Below, one piece after another: positions 23,916-36,394 of a DNA stretch of 64,000 nucleotides. Below the pieces are notes generated by a model, which was not told the origin of the DNA, made no database searches, and saw nothing but the letters and a program-made list of their open reading frames with translations. The position numbers and the translations under genes are program-made. The stretch spans positions 43,216,001 to 43,280,000 of the forward strand of contig NC_045696.1 of the NCBI RefSeq assembly GCF_009834535.1. The letters run 5' to 3'. How positions within the stretch are numbered: the stretch's first letter is position 1; the number at the start of each line of letters is the position of its first letter. The stretch comes from Camelus ferus. Lineage: Eukaryota.

Positions 23916-26900
23916 GCTAGAAAGCCTAACACAGAAAAAAATGAGACTTTTAATTAAAACTCAAAATATGGTATCTTTACAAAATCCTTCTGAATCCGTT
24001 GAGCAGACACCTAGGTCAGTGATCACTGTGTTTCTGTAGATTCTAGCGGCCACGGGAAGTGGCTCCCAGGAGAAGCGCGATGGCTTGGAGTTGGGAGACG
24101 GTCACTGGGAATAGAGCTGCCTACTTTCTCCTTCCCTAGCCAGCCATCGGACAAATGGTTATCAGCTCTTTGGTTATGAGCCACTGCAGGTAGCTCTTGA
24201 AACCGCGGGGGCATGAGCAAGTTGAACAGACTGGGGACTCACAAAAGGTAAGGACTGGTGGGGTTCACATAGTGGGACAGAGACTGACAAAACTGAACTC
24301 CAGAGCCAAGAGCTGCGACTCAGGAATGGGAGTTTCCACAAATCAGAAATTACTTGTTTGGGGTTCATGAAGACATGCCGTTTGTGAATCCTCTGGATTC
24401 CGTTTATACTCTGGATATGGGACATTTGTTCAGGGTTTGGCTTAACTCTTCCCAGTTATGCTTCTATTAGTTTATGTTTCAGAACAGTTTTTCCTTCCAT
24501 TTTCCTGCCTATCAAAATTCCACTGTTCTATCCTCCTGTTGCTAGTGTAATACAAATTCCTTTGAGGGTTTATATTCCTGTAACAAATGTTCATGACAAT
24601 AGAAATTCGAAAATAAAACTATTCCCCATAATATACTCTCTCTCCTATATACTTTTAATCTTGGATGACCTAGATGCAAAGAAAAGATTCACAGTAGAAG
24701 TTTAGAAATTAGATATATAGAGAATAGATTTCTGACAATTCAATCACCTGTTATTCCATTTGAAACTAAATAGCCTGCATGAAAAGAACAGGGAAGGAAA
24801 GTTTTGGAGGCTGTGACGGTAAATAGCTACAGATCTAGAGAAAAATGTGTTAATAATGAAAGATGGGTGGGGACAAAGGAAAACAAAGGAACCACAAAGG
24901 CAGTATTTATTCACACACCTCCCTGTACACACTTACCCACAGCATGAAAGCTTACCATTTGCCATTGTGAAAGCCATTGTGCCATTGTGATGACTGTTAG
25001 CATTACCTGTAATTTTAATAAGTTGCTTTTGGTAGGGAAATGAGTTTTTTAAGGTTAAGATGTTTTAACTCAAGGGATAAAAAAGATTTCCTATATCTCA
25101 CTTATTTTTTGCATGACAGTTACGATCTTAATTCCCCATTTTTGTCCTGTATCCTTTTGTATGATGTCAACTAAACTTGCAGTAGTACCAGCCAACCTTA
25201 AACATTCTTTTGCTGGTTGCTTGTGGCTGAGCTGAAAACTGGCTTCACCAACAAAGTCTGAGTGCTTAGCGAAAGTTAGATGAGCAATGACAGCATATAT
25301 TTTTGCTGGTCGGTTAGCAACGGTTGGGGCCATTTTGAGTGTTAGTCTTTGATCTCTCCAGAACTGAAAAACTGGAATCGGGAATATAAGCCTGCTATTG
25401 CTTTTTCCTGACTGCCTATCAGAGAGATGATACTGGATTCTCAATGATTACAGAAAGGTTGTAATTAAGGGTGAATCATTTTAGAGACACTGGCAATCTA
25501 CAGCGACTACTAAAATTTAAAAACTTGCTTTGTTTGAGGTAAACGTTTCTCTGGAACAAGAAGCTTTGTGTTGAATGTGATAAATATCCTCTTACGTAAA
25601 TGACAACTGTTGTGACTCTTATTCTTGTATAGGGGATAAGGTAAAGGAGGAAGCATAAATTGTTATAAAAGTATAAATTGTATAAAAGTATAAATTGTAT
25701 AAATTTATACTTTTGTGTCTCCTACTTGCAACTGATTTTTATCTCTACAGATCTCCCTTGTACATACTGGTGGAGGTCATGACTTTAAATTAAATCTTTC
25801 ATTTTCTTGCCCAATCTGCATCTCAGATAGCATGGTCATGTAACTCTATACAATGAGTGTTTCTAATTCTTCCTTATTTTGAACTGATTTGTTTTTCCTG
25901 GAACTAGTCATACATACTTAGGTTCCAATTGCAAGGCAACCTCAGTATAGACAGTGGCATATCCTCTAGGCTTTCATATTGCAATTATCTGTATTCAAGT
26001 CCATCTCATTCAAAAAGTACCTTGCGATTAGGCACTATGTTGTATTGATATTTTTCTCTTCCATGGTTTGCACTATGCTGAACACTTATTAAACGCTGAG
26101 TGAAAAACACTGAATTAAACAATGACTGGGAAACTTCCAGTGGTGTGAGAGGAGGAATAGAAATGGGCTATAACATTCTTCTATATGCAAGTAAAGGTTT
26201 ATTAAGTGCTCAGGTAGAGCGAGGACAAAAAACTATAGTGAATCTTAACTGTTCTAATTGTTTTAATGTCTCTAGACCAGTGGCGACACATTAAAAAAGA
26301 AAAATAATCATATTCAGATACACTATGTATAGAAAAGCTAGTGTTTGTCTCTTACAATAAGATGGCCTAAATGAAAAAACTTTCTGACTCCATCAATACT
26401 GCAAATGAGCCTTTCTTACATTTATGAATAAGGAAGCCCATTCATTTTATCATTATTTGTTTTATTACTAATAACAGGCTCTTTGCGCCTACACAGAAGG
26501 ATGACAACAGCAAAGGAAGCAATCACTGGGAAAAGTACAGACTATACATAATACTATGATCTTTACCATGCATTAAGGGTAATTGCAATAAATTGTTATT
26601 GCCTTCAAAATCAAGTCTTTGTCCCCTTGTTCCAGAAAGAAGAGCAGATTTATCAAATAGTTTCTGCTTTGCAATGAAAGGCAATCATTAGCAATTTGGT
26701 TAGATGACTTAAACTTATTTAATAGTCAGAAATGTTAAAGTCCTCCGGAGATTTTCTAGTTAATAGAATTAACCTATAGTGTAATTAGACATGTCTGAAT
26801 TAAAGTCCTTTTTCAATGATAATACCTGCAATAGAAGTAGTCTCCAGGGATAAAGAGATTAGCATTCCCATTAGTGGTAAATTCATTATCAGAACCACAT

Positions 26901-29254
26901 TTATTCTTTTGGTCTTTCATCCCTGAAGGATTCTACAGCTGGGTAGATTCACAGGTTTGCCCTTTCTCATCAATTATTTTACTTTTTTATTTCAAGGAAT
27001 ATTGACTTTCATCCTAATTTCCTAATCTGAACTTCAATACCCAAACGTTCTCCCTTGTCTTTTTCCTGCTCCTGTAGGAAATGCAGGGATGGTACTCACA
27101 CGCACAGCACGGTCTCCCCAACGAGCTTGAAACTGGCAAGGACGTTTTAAAGAAATCAGTCAAACTAGCCAAATTCGTACTGCAGTTTCTGAAGATAATT
27201 TAAATACCTGTGTCCACACTTCAGATCTTTTAGGCAGTCTTCTCAAATTAATTCCAAGAGTGCAGGTGAGGCCAGGATACTCAGTCATGTTTCAACATCA
27301 TGTTTATAAAGAGCTAAGAACTAAGATGCACTCATTTACCTGTTCCTAATATCTACACACTACAAATACATATGCATATATTTTCCACGTCGTTTTGTAA
27401 ACTAAGCTTTATATTAGTTTATAGATTTCACAAAACGAACTTCTTTTCCGTAGTGTGCAGGATGAGCACCGTATCAGGGGATGACACTGAATCTCTTTTA
27501 TTTGCCACTGTAGGCAGCATAGGCCATGCATTTTCTCCTATGGAAGGCTTTCAAGCCCAGGTTCCCACACCTGCTTGGCCTCAGAAAGCCCTACATGGCT
27601 AACACTCATCGTTCTATTTAGTGCAGTGAAACAGACTGTGAGTTGAAGTTTAAAAGTTGAGGTTTACATTAACTCACAAAATAGTTGTATTATTATTAAC
27701 TAAATCCCCAGTCACTCAGGACATACATGATTTTTAGGACTGTAAACAAACACACAAACAAAACCTATGTAGTCCCTACAGCTCCCTGGGACGGAGAAAG
27801 GCAGTGTTACCCACTCCCCCTCTTAAGAATCTCTGTGGCCAAATACAATATGTCATCACCCTTTTCTGGACTTCCAGGTTTCTTTGTTTATACAATTTCT
27901 CTTCTGTTATGTGTCATATTTATGTCATGCTTAAATATATGTTATTCTACAGCAAATGTATTATCCCACACAGGAAATCTGTTATACGTATTTTGGACTT
28001 TTGTAATGATTAATTTATTATTTGAGATTCACAAGTTTTGCTATGAAGATCAAGTAAAATAAATCATGTGAGGATGTGAACCATAACTGACTGTACAATG
28101 TGCAAGGCAGCCCAACAAGTACTGAATACTTGCTGGCTACATAAAGAACATTTGGTTTTTGTCACTCAAAAGCAGCTACATAAAAAAGATAATATGTATT
28201 CCGTTACAGAATGTGCCAAAATTGTGTATTATCTCATTTAATCTTCACAAACTGATCAATGTCTCCATTTCCTTCTGAAGAAAGCGAAGTTTTAAGAGAT
28301 TGCATAACTGTTCAAGTCTGCAGTGTAGATATCTGTACTTTATTCATTCTCTGATCTTCTGAGGTTAATACTCATCCTCTTTCTTCTGTTGTACATTACC
28401 TGTGTGTTATGATGTAAATAAACTGATATAGGGCATATGATTTTTTTTTTTACTTTTTAATATCAAGCATTATATGATATAAATTACTTTCTCTATGAAA
28501 CCAAAGGAAGTCTAAACAACATTTTACTCTCATATCCTGATTTGGGTACATGAGTTTACATAGAAGAGTATAAGATTATACAAACTAGATACTCCCTTAA
28601 GAGCTAGTTTCTGGTCTAATCTTTTACATGGTATTATTGTAAAGTTTTCTGGCCCCCATTGATAGAATATGTCTCCAGCTTTAGACCAGTGACTGGAAAT
28701 TTCCTAATGATGGAGTTGTGTCTTTGGTACTATGTCTGGCACATAGAAGGTACTCAACAAGAGAACACTCACTGAAAGTTAAATGAGGGAAGTATGTGTG
28801 GGAATAAAGACACTAGTATATTGTGAGAAATGAACTATGACTAGTAGCTGGGAAACTCAATTAATAGAGCTGAATCATTTACTAATTATCATATTAAACT
28901 GGAAAAGTCATGTAATTTTTAAGCTTCCATTTTCTGACATTTAAAGTGTTACCATATTTCTAATATCCCTTATCACATATATTATTATATGTCTAATATC
29001 CAACTCAAACATTTTCTAGTTCTCTGGATTGCTCACGGAGGTACCAATGTCCTTAGTTCCTTCAACCACAAAACTTAAGTTGGACTTCACAATCTCTGAT
29101 CAATACTGTAGCCTATTTCCAAGTTCTAATGCATCCTGGGACATTCTCTCATCATCTGTCTCATCTGTCCTTAGCCTGTGATACTGCTAACAAAGCCCCA
29201 TTTAATGTTATGAACATGAACAGAAATAAAAGGCTAAAGGCAATAGAGATGGTT

Positions 29255-30135
29255 AGTGTATTAGTCAGAAGACTTTAGGTTACTTTAAGTAACAAATGAC
29301 TCCTCCCAAATCACAGTATCTTAAAATGAGACAAAGATAAAGAACAGTGAAGGGCCTGAGAGTTTACTCTTCTTGTGAGCTAACAAAGTAGCCAACAACA
29401 ATTTCACATATGCTGACAGAAGACACAAGATTCCTGGGTTAGAGGCAAAATATTACTCAAAGCACAACAGGCAGCATGAGCTATGGTTGTAACAGTTTCC
29501 CTTTCTCAGCAAATCCCAAGAAGATGAAGGCAAGGGTCTCAGGTATGTGCAGCACACACAATGGATCTATGTCAATAGGGAAACCTGAGCTTAGGAAACC
29601 CCCAATATTATAAAGGCAGCTGGAAACAAACCTGCCCAATCAGCCCAGAGGGAGACATTATCTTTATTTTCCTGGTCAGGAAACAAATCTGCCTTCTGCC
29701 CTAGAGGAAGACACTATTTACATTATCCTGGAGTTTTTCCTATACAAACACCTTGGAAAAGATAGTCTAGGACAGAACAGTCACAAGACGGACAAGTAGA
29801 AACACCATGGAGAATTGCTCCCCAATAATACGTTCCTCACTTAAGCTACATGTCTATCTTGGGTCAAACAGGGTCAAACATGTTCCCTGTTTAGTGTAGT
29901 CAGTCAGAGACTAATCCTGAGGGAGTTCCATCTAGACGTTTGCATCTTAGAATATCATTCAAAAAGAAGTGAACTCAGAAGGTACTGATACTTTAAACTT
30001 CTACTCAAAAGGGACACATGACACAAACCTGCATTTTGTTGGCAAAAGCAAATCACTTGCTCACAAGTATTTTTCCGTGATTTCCCTAAGAAGTTGAGAG
30101 TCAGGAATATCAGATAATTAGCACTAATAATGCAA
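29255..30135 (-). mobile_element. Old MLT1 (MaLR) LTR split by LTR40
   Basis: TGTATTAGTCAG...GTAACAAATGACTCC on the left; TTTTGTTGGCAAAAGCAAATCAC on the right. Confidence 0.65.
29348..29827 (-). mobile_element. LTR40-like (ERVL) solo LTR
   Basis: Ends TGAAGGGCCTGAGAGTTTACTC and CCATGGAGAATTGCTCCCCAATA match the reverse complement of LTR40 termini. Confidence 0.8.
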
Positions 30136-30973
30136 ATAGTTGAATCTCAAATCAATGAATGTCCTTATCCAAATTATGCTAACAAGTTAGTTTTGCCTGA
30201 AGAAGATCATGATCTGCCTTCAGGTTCTATGAATTGTTTGGGCAATTATTTTCTTGAATAACTACACTTGTAAGAAAAATTCATACACTGGATACAAAAT
30301 TAACAATGCCTTTCTAGGCACCAAATGTGGGCTAGGCATTAAGGGTCAAACAGATGCCTGCCTTCAGATAGCTAACACCGTAGTGTGAGGGATAGAAAAA
30401 CACACAAAATAATCATAACTTACAGGAAGTGCGAAGAAGAAAATAGAGTATGCAGAGTTAAAAGGCTAGGGTCATCACATAATTTCTATGCAAATTTTGG
30501 TGGGAAGTGGTTCCTTACAGTGTTCTAGGATGGAAAACATCAAATATACAGTCTCTGAATTAGAACAGAGCTAGACTTGTTATAAACGCTAACCAATGAT
30601 CTGTGTGGCTCCACAATACCCTCAAAAGTTCAAAAATATTGGGCAATTTGTCCAAAGAAACATTTAATAGGAAAAAATACAAAAATCCTTGATTTTTGGC
30701 ACAACCACCTATGTCCAGAGTTGGAGTGATAAGGCTTATCAGTTAGCACATGTGAAAATGACCTTGGAAATTCAATTGATATGAGATCAGTATGTTTTAA
30801 AATGGAATATTAAAAATGTGACTCTGTAGTAACTGACATACAGTGTACAGAAGAAAAACAAAAGGATAGTTTCACTATGTTCTGTATAGCTGTATTTCAC
30901 TGAGTTCTAAGAAGAACATTCGCTTTGTGAAAAGCTGGAATTCATACAGAAGTGTTAATAGGCTAAAGATGTC

Positions 30974-31182
30974 TGTGGTTTCAATCAGACCTATACCAAA
31001 CCCAGGGGATGTTTAGAAATGCATGAGGGCTATTTTGTAGTTGTCACAATGAGGTACAAATGCCATTTGGAATTTAAGAAAAGGGGCAAGAATGCTAAGT
31101 ATCTAGCATTACATTGGGGAATTCCACACAATTAAGAACCATCCCTCCCAAAATTCCAGTAGTGTTCCCTTTGAGAAATCAA
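30974..31182 (+). mobile_element. MER20-like hAT-Charlie MITE within decayed CR1/L3 sequence
   Basis: GTGGTTTCAA...TTGTAGTTGTCACAATG...CCCAAAATTCCAGTAGTG...TTGAGAAATC. Confidence 0.7.
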
Positions 31183-32009
31183 TCTATCGACCTATCTATC
31201 ATCTAAAATGATATTTTAGCTCTCATGGAAAGACTGGAGAACATTTAGTCTGGGGAATGGAATAAATGCCATCTCACATAGAGGCCAGTCAAGTAGTGAA
31301 GTCTGCTGTGTAGCAGCAAATTGAAAAGAAGTTAATAGAAAGAAGTTACTGGAAAGGAAGGAGGAAAAAAAAAAGATTTTAAACCGATATGAGGAAGAAA
31401 TCTTTAAGGTTTACAGTTAGGGACAAAATGTGGAAAAATTGTCATTTCTAATTCATTGGCTTTCTTTTGATAATAACCATTTTGGCAAGTTTCAACTTAT
31501 GTTTCACTGACTTAGAATGAATTGGAAGGATCTGAATTCATCCAAAAGAGATCCAAAATTTCCTATTTTTGAGAATCTCTGACTTGTGTATAGTGGAGGT
31601 CAGCTACATTTAATACGATGGATTTCTTAACTTTTTTCTGTTAATAGCTTTTCCCAATTTATAGAGAAAACAAGAAGAATCTAATTCTAAGGCTGATTTT
31701 ATATGCAATATTTTTCTAGAATAACTTTCCTTCACTTAATAGGCACTTGATTTCATTGGTGGAAGTGGAGCTGGACTTTGCTATTATTTATTTGACATTT
31801 GGAGCATTTGCATTATTTTGATTCTTGCTGTTCAGACAGGAGATTCTTGATAAATATATTCGACTAATTACTATTCAATAAATATTTGTATCAAAATATA
31901 GACTGCATACTCATGCTACTTTTGTCCAGAATTTGACAAATAATAACCCAATCCCATTTATCAATGTATTGTGGTGTTGGATAAAATTTACATAGCAAGA
32001 ATTCTAAAT

Positions 32010-33310
32010 ACAAATTTTTAATTCCATTATCAGAAACCAGGTAAGCAATAAAACAGTGGCACCAACATCTTTAAAGTACTGGAGGGAAAAAAAAACGAAA
32101 CAAAATTATCAACCTAAAATTATTTACCCAGAAAAATATCTTTCCAATACTAAAGCACAATAAAGATATTTTAAGATAAACAAGGGTTGAAAGGATTAAT
32201 CACATTATAAAAAATGTTAAAGAATTAAAACAATACTAGAAGAATGTTTTTTTTTTCCTACAAAAGGAACTGTTACTGAATCAAACTTGAATCCACTTGC
32301 CTGGTGCATAGTAAAGCCAATCTACTGAGACTCGGTTGTGGTGAAGGCAAGTACAGTGTTTATTACAAGGCACCCAACGTGGGGCTAAGCAAGGAGAACA
32401 GGCAGCTCATGCTCAACAGACCCAAACTCCCCAATGGCTTTCAGAGATGGGATTTTGAAGGAAACACTAGGGGTGAGGGTTGTAAGATGCCTGATCAGCT
32501 CATGGACAGTTCTGATTGGCTTGTGGTGAGGTAACTGGGTGGATATTTTGGAATTAACATCATCAACCTTCTGATTCCAACTGGTCCGGGGTCTATGTGC
32601 TTGTGGTCAGCCTGCAGTTAACTGCTTCCACCTAGTAGGGGTTTTAGTATCTGCAAAATGACTCAAGGATACGGCTCATCACTGTATTTATAGCCCCTTG
32701 AAGAGGAACTAAAGGTTCTTTGTTTTATGGCTAAACTATTATTATTTTATTTTGCTTGACTGTTTTCCTTTGTTTCTGCATTTTCTCATTTCTCTGATTA
32801 AATCTGCTCTTTGGAACTCAGGGAAGACCTAGGGTGCTAAAGCTTTTCTACAAACAAGAGGCTGGGAACACTGCAGCAAGGGTGTCTAACCCATGGAGGC
32901 CCTGAAGGGTCCTGCTCAGTTTCAGAATTAAGACCACCAATACTTGATACTGATTATCATACAGTTAAACATAAAAACCTTTTAAAAACAACTATGTAAA
33001 GCTCTTAAAAATTTAATTATTTAAATAAAAATAATGACAATGTACTGTGGGGTTTATAATATACACAAAAATAAAATAAGTAACAGCAATAACACAAACA
33101 TCAGGAGAAGAGTAATGACAGTGTTCTAAATTATTTATACTAACATTGAAGTGTATTATCACTTGAAAGTAGACCAGGTAAATTTAAAAACGTATGCTAT
33201 AAATGCCAAGGCAATCAAAGAATAGTGGTGGCAAATAGAAAACAAATAGGAGATGGGAGATTTAGATCCAACCATATCAATAATCACATTAAGTATAATT
33301 TGTCTGTTAT
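32010..33310 (+). mobile_element. Old L1M ORF1-end/inter-ORF fragment split by an ERV1 LTR
   Basis: CAACATCTTTAAAGTACTG...TCAACCTAAAATTATTTACCCAG on the left; ATATCAATAATCACATTAAGTATAA on the right. Confidence 0.7.
32271..32924 (-). mobile_element. ERV1 solo LTR (LTR39/MER39-like)
   Basis: TG...CA termini (TGTTACTGAA...CTCAGTTTCA), 4-bp TSD GAAC/GAAT, antisense polyA signal TTTATT. Confidence 0.8.
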
Positions 33311-33742
33311 CCTGACTTTTCAAACAAGTACAATTATTTGTTAAAGGATAGTTATTATTTCATTTATAAAAATTATGGATGTCAAAACATCATGTCACAA
33401 AGAAGTCTTATTTATAGTTGAGACAAAAATGCATTCCAACTTGCATTTTGATATGTAATTAGTTTCAAAACCAAATATGATGTATGTGGTTTATAATTTA
33501 TTTGTCAACAAAACAAGCATTTTCTTACATGATTAAAGAGGTGGCTTTCCATTTTATCAGAAAAAAAATTTTTGCCATAAATGTATTATTGGAAAGTATA
33601 TTTAAATCCAGGTATGAAGATGTAGTTTGTAATTTCCCTTAAAATAATGATATAAGCTTGAGTAAATACTGGTTGAAGAGATTTAGAGACCCATCAAACC
33701 CTATAAGTCTTAACAGGCTAAGATGCTGAAGAGTGTGGGATA

Positions 33743-34735
33743 CAGTTGGCCCTCCATATGAATGAATTCTGCAGCTGCACATTCAAAACCAGAGGACTGA
33801 AATCCCACCCCTGGGCATATATCCAGAAGGAACCCTACTTCAAAATGACACCTGCACCCCAATATTCACAGCAGCACTATTTATAATAGCCGAGACATAA
33901 AAACAGCCTAAATGTCCATCAACGGATGACTGGATAAAGAAGAGATGGTATATTTATACAATGGAATAAAAACCATAAAAACCGACAACATAATGCCATT
34001 TGCAGCAACATGGATGTCCCTGGAGAATGTCATTCTAAGTGAACTAAGCCAGAAAGAGAAAGAAAAATACCATATGAGATTGCTCATATGTGGAATCTTA
34101 AATAAATAAATAAATAAATACATACATACATACATACAAAACAGAAAAGACTCACAGACATAGAATAGAAACTTGTGGTTGCCAAGGGGGAGAGAGGTGG
34201 GAAGGGATAGACTGGGATTTCAAAATTTGTAGATACTGACAGGCATATGTAGACTAGATAAACAAGATTATACTATGTAGCACAGGGAAATATATACAAG
34301 ATCTTGTAGTGGCTCACACTGAAAAAAAAATGTGACAATGGATATATGTATGTTCATGTATAACTGAAAAATTGTGCTCTACACTGGAATTTGACACAAC
34401 ATTGTAAAATGACTATAACTCAATAAAAAAAAGTTTAAAAACAAAAACAAAAAACAACAAAAAAAAGAGGACTAAAAATTTTAGAAAAACAAAATTCCAG
34501 AAAGTTCCAAAAAGCAAAACTTGGGTTTGCTCCCTAGAGGGAACTATTTACACAGCATTTACATTGCATTAGATATTATAAGTAATCTAGAGATACTTAA
34601 AATATAAGGGTGAATGTGGGTGAATGTGTATAGGTTATATCCAAATAGTACTCTATTTTATAAAAGGGCTTCTTCAAATTTTGGTATCTGCAGGGGCTCC
34701 TGGGAGAAACCCCCACGGATATTGAGTGATGACAG
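33743..34735. mobile_element. MER2B-like TcMar-Tigger MITE, split by an L1
   Basis: TA|CAGTTGGCCCTC...GAGTGATGACAG|TA termini with TA TSDs; internal AAAGTTCCAAAAAGCAAAACTTG and TATAAGTAATCTAGAGAT. Confidence 0.85.
33803..34465 (+). mobile_element. 5'-truncated young L1, same family as the full-length copy
   Basis: Colinear with ~61257-61860; A-rich tail; TSD AGAGGACT(G/A)AAA at 33791-33802 and 34466-34477. Confidence 0.93.
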
Positions 34736-34933
34736 TATATAGAGGTGAGCCCGAGATTTACTGCGCTTTTTGCCCCGCATGGCATTTGCCATTTCAAATC
34801 AAATGGCATAGAGAAGAAATAGAAAGCAGTGTAAATAAAGCTTGTGGAAGACTCTCTTGACTGAGAAGAAAAACTAGATTTTGGTGCTATTAAAACAGTC
34901 AAGATTTGAGAAAACAAGTTTCCAGACTGATAT

Positions 34934-35893
34934 TGTGATTTAAAATAAATAAATTAAAAAATATTTATATATATTATAAATGTAAATAATCTAAGTATTT
35001 ATGCATTTGATCTTCATCCCAATTCCTGGTAGCAGGTCCTAAAACCTGTGTAATTTCTTAAGTGGTAAGAATCATAGGGACATCTTCTATTATAATATTT
35101 GATATTCTGTCCTTAATTCCTGAAATAGTTGTATAGAAATCAAGGTGAAAGAATTGTATTTCACTATTCATAACAAGCTCTTTTCCACCACACATGAGTT
35201 TATGTTAATGAGGCAATTTTTCTAAAGTCCTTAAATATCCACAAGATGGGGTCAGGTTGCCAGGCGGGGCCATCCATGTGATTAGGGGTTGAAGGTCTCT
35301 GCCTCGTCACCAACCTCCGCTCTAGAGGGACAGTACAGAGGAACTGAGGATTGAATGAAGCCTCCATAAATATCTGAAATAAGGGAGTTTGGAGAGCTTC
35401 CAAGCTGGTGAACGTGTGAAGGTGCTGGGAGGGTGGCGTGCACAGAAAGAGCTCGGCATCCCTTTCATGTACCTTACGCTAAGCAACTCTTCAATTTGGC
35501 TGTTCCTAAACTGTATCCTTTTCTAATAAAGTAGGAATCAAGTTGGTGAATTATTTTCCTGAGTTCTGTGAGTTGCTCCAGCAAATGACTGAACCCAAGG
35601 AAGGCATCATGAGAACCTCTGACTTGTAGCCAACTGTTCAGAAGCCCAGGTGACAACCTGAGACTTGGGGTTGGCATGTGTAGTGCGGACAGCCTTGTAG
35701 GTCTGAACTCTTAACCTGTGGGATCTGTGCTAACTCCAGGTAGATAATGTCAGAATTGAACTGAATTGCAGGACAGCCAGTTAGTGTCAACAGAGAATGA
35801 GAGGACATCTTGGTGGGGAAATAACCCACACATCTGGTGTCAGAGTGAAGGATTTTGTAAGTCCACAGAAAAAGAGTAGTGTTTTTCTTTACA
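34934..35893 (+). mobile_element. MER21-like solo LTR
   Basis: GAGTTTATGTTAATGAG, GAGAGCTTCCAAGCTGGTGAAC, TTCCTGAGTTCTGTGAG and AACTCCAGGTAGATAATGTCAGAATTGAA; TG...CA ends. Confidence 0.85.
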
Positions 35894-36394
35894 GACCAAA
35901 AGGGAAGCCAGAGAAATTAGAATAAGATTCTGCCTGTAGTTTTTTTCCTCAAGACATTTGCTAGTTTCTAAGCTGTGTATGTCAAGGACGAGAAAAAAAG
36001 GAAAGAAAGTAAACGATGGTGAGAAGGAGGAGGAGGATAATGATAATAGATAAAATGGAATAAAACGTAGTAACAAATCTGCTAGAAGGCTAAAAATCCA
36101 AACAAGTCTTCCCTCTCACAAAATCTGAAATCCATTCTTGAAATTTCTTAATTCCAATTTGTACCAGATCATTTGCTTGTCTTTTATCTTGTCTGCTAGA
36201 AGAAACCGATATTCTTTTATAATTTTTCATACACATTTTCAGCACTCGATATAAAATTAATCAGTGTTCCAGGCAACATGACCAAATGACTGAAATCACA
36301 AGAAAAAAAATAAATCAATAGAAATAAACCCACACACAATGTAATTATTGATGCTGTCAGACACAGAACTCAGAATAACTGTGATGATGATGAT

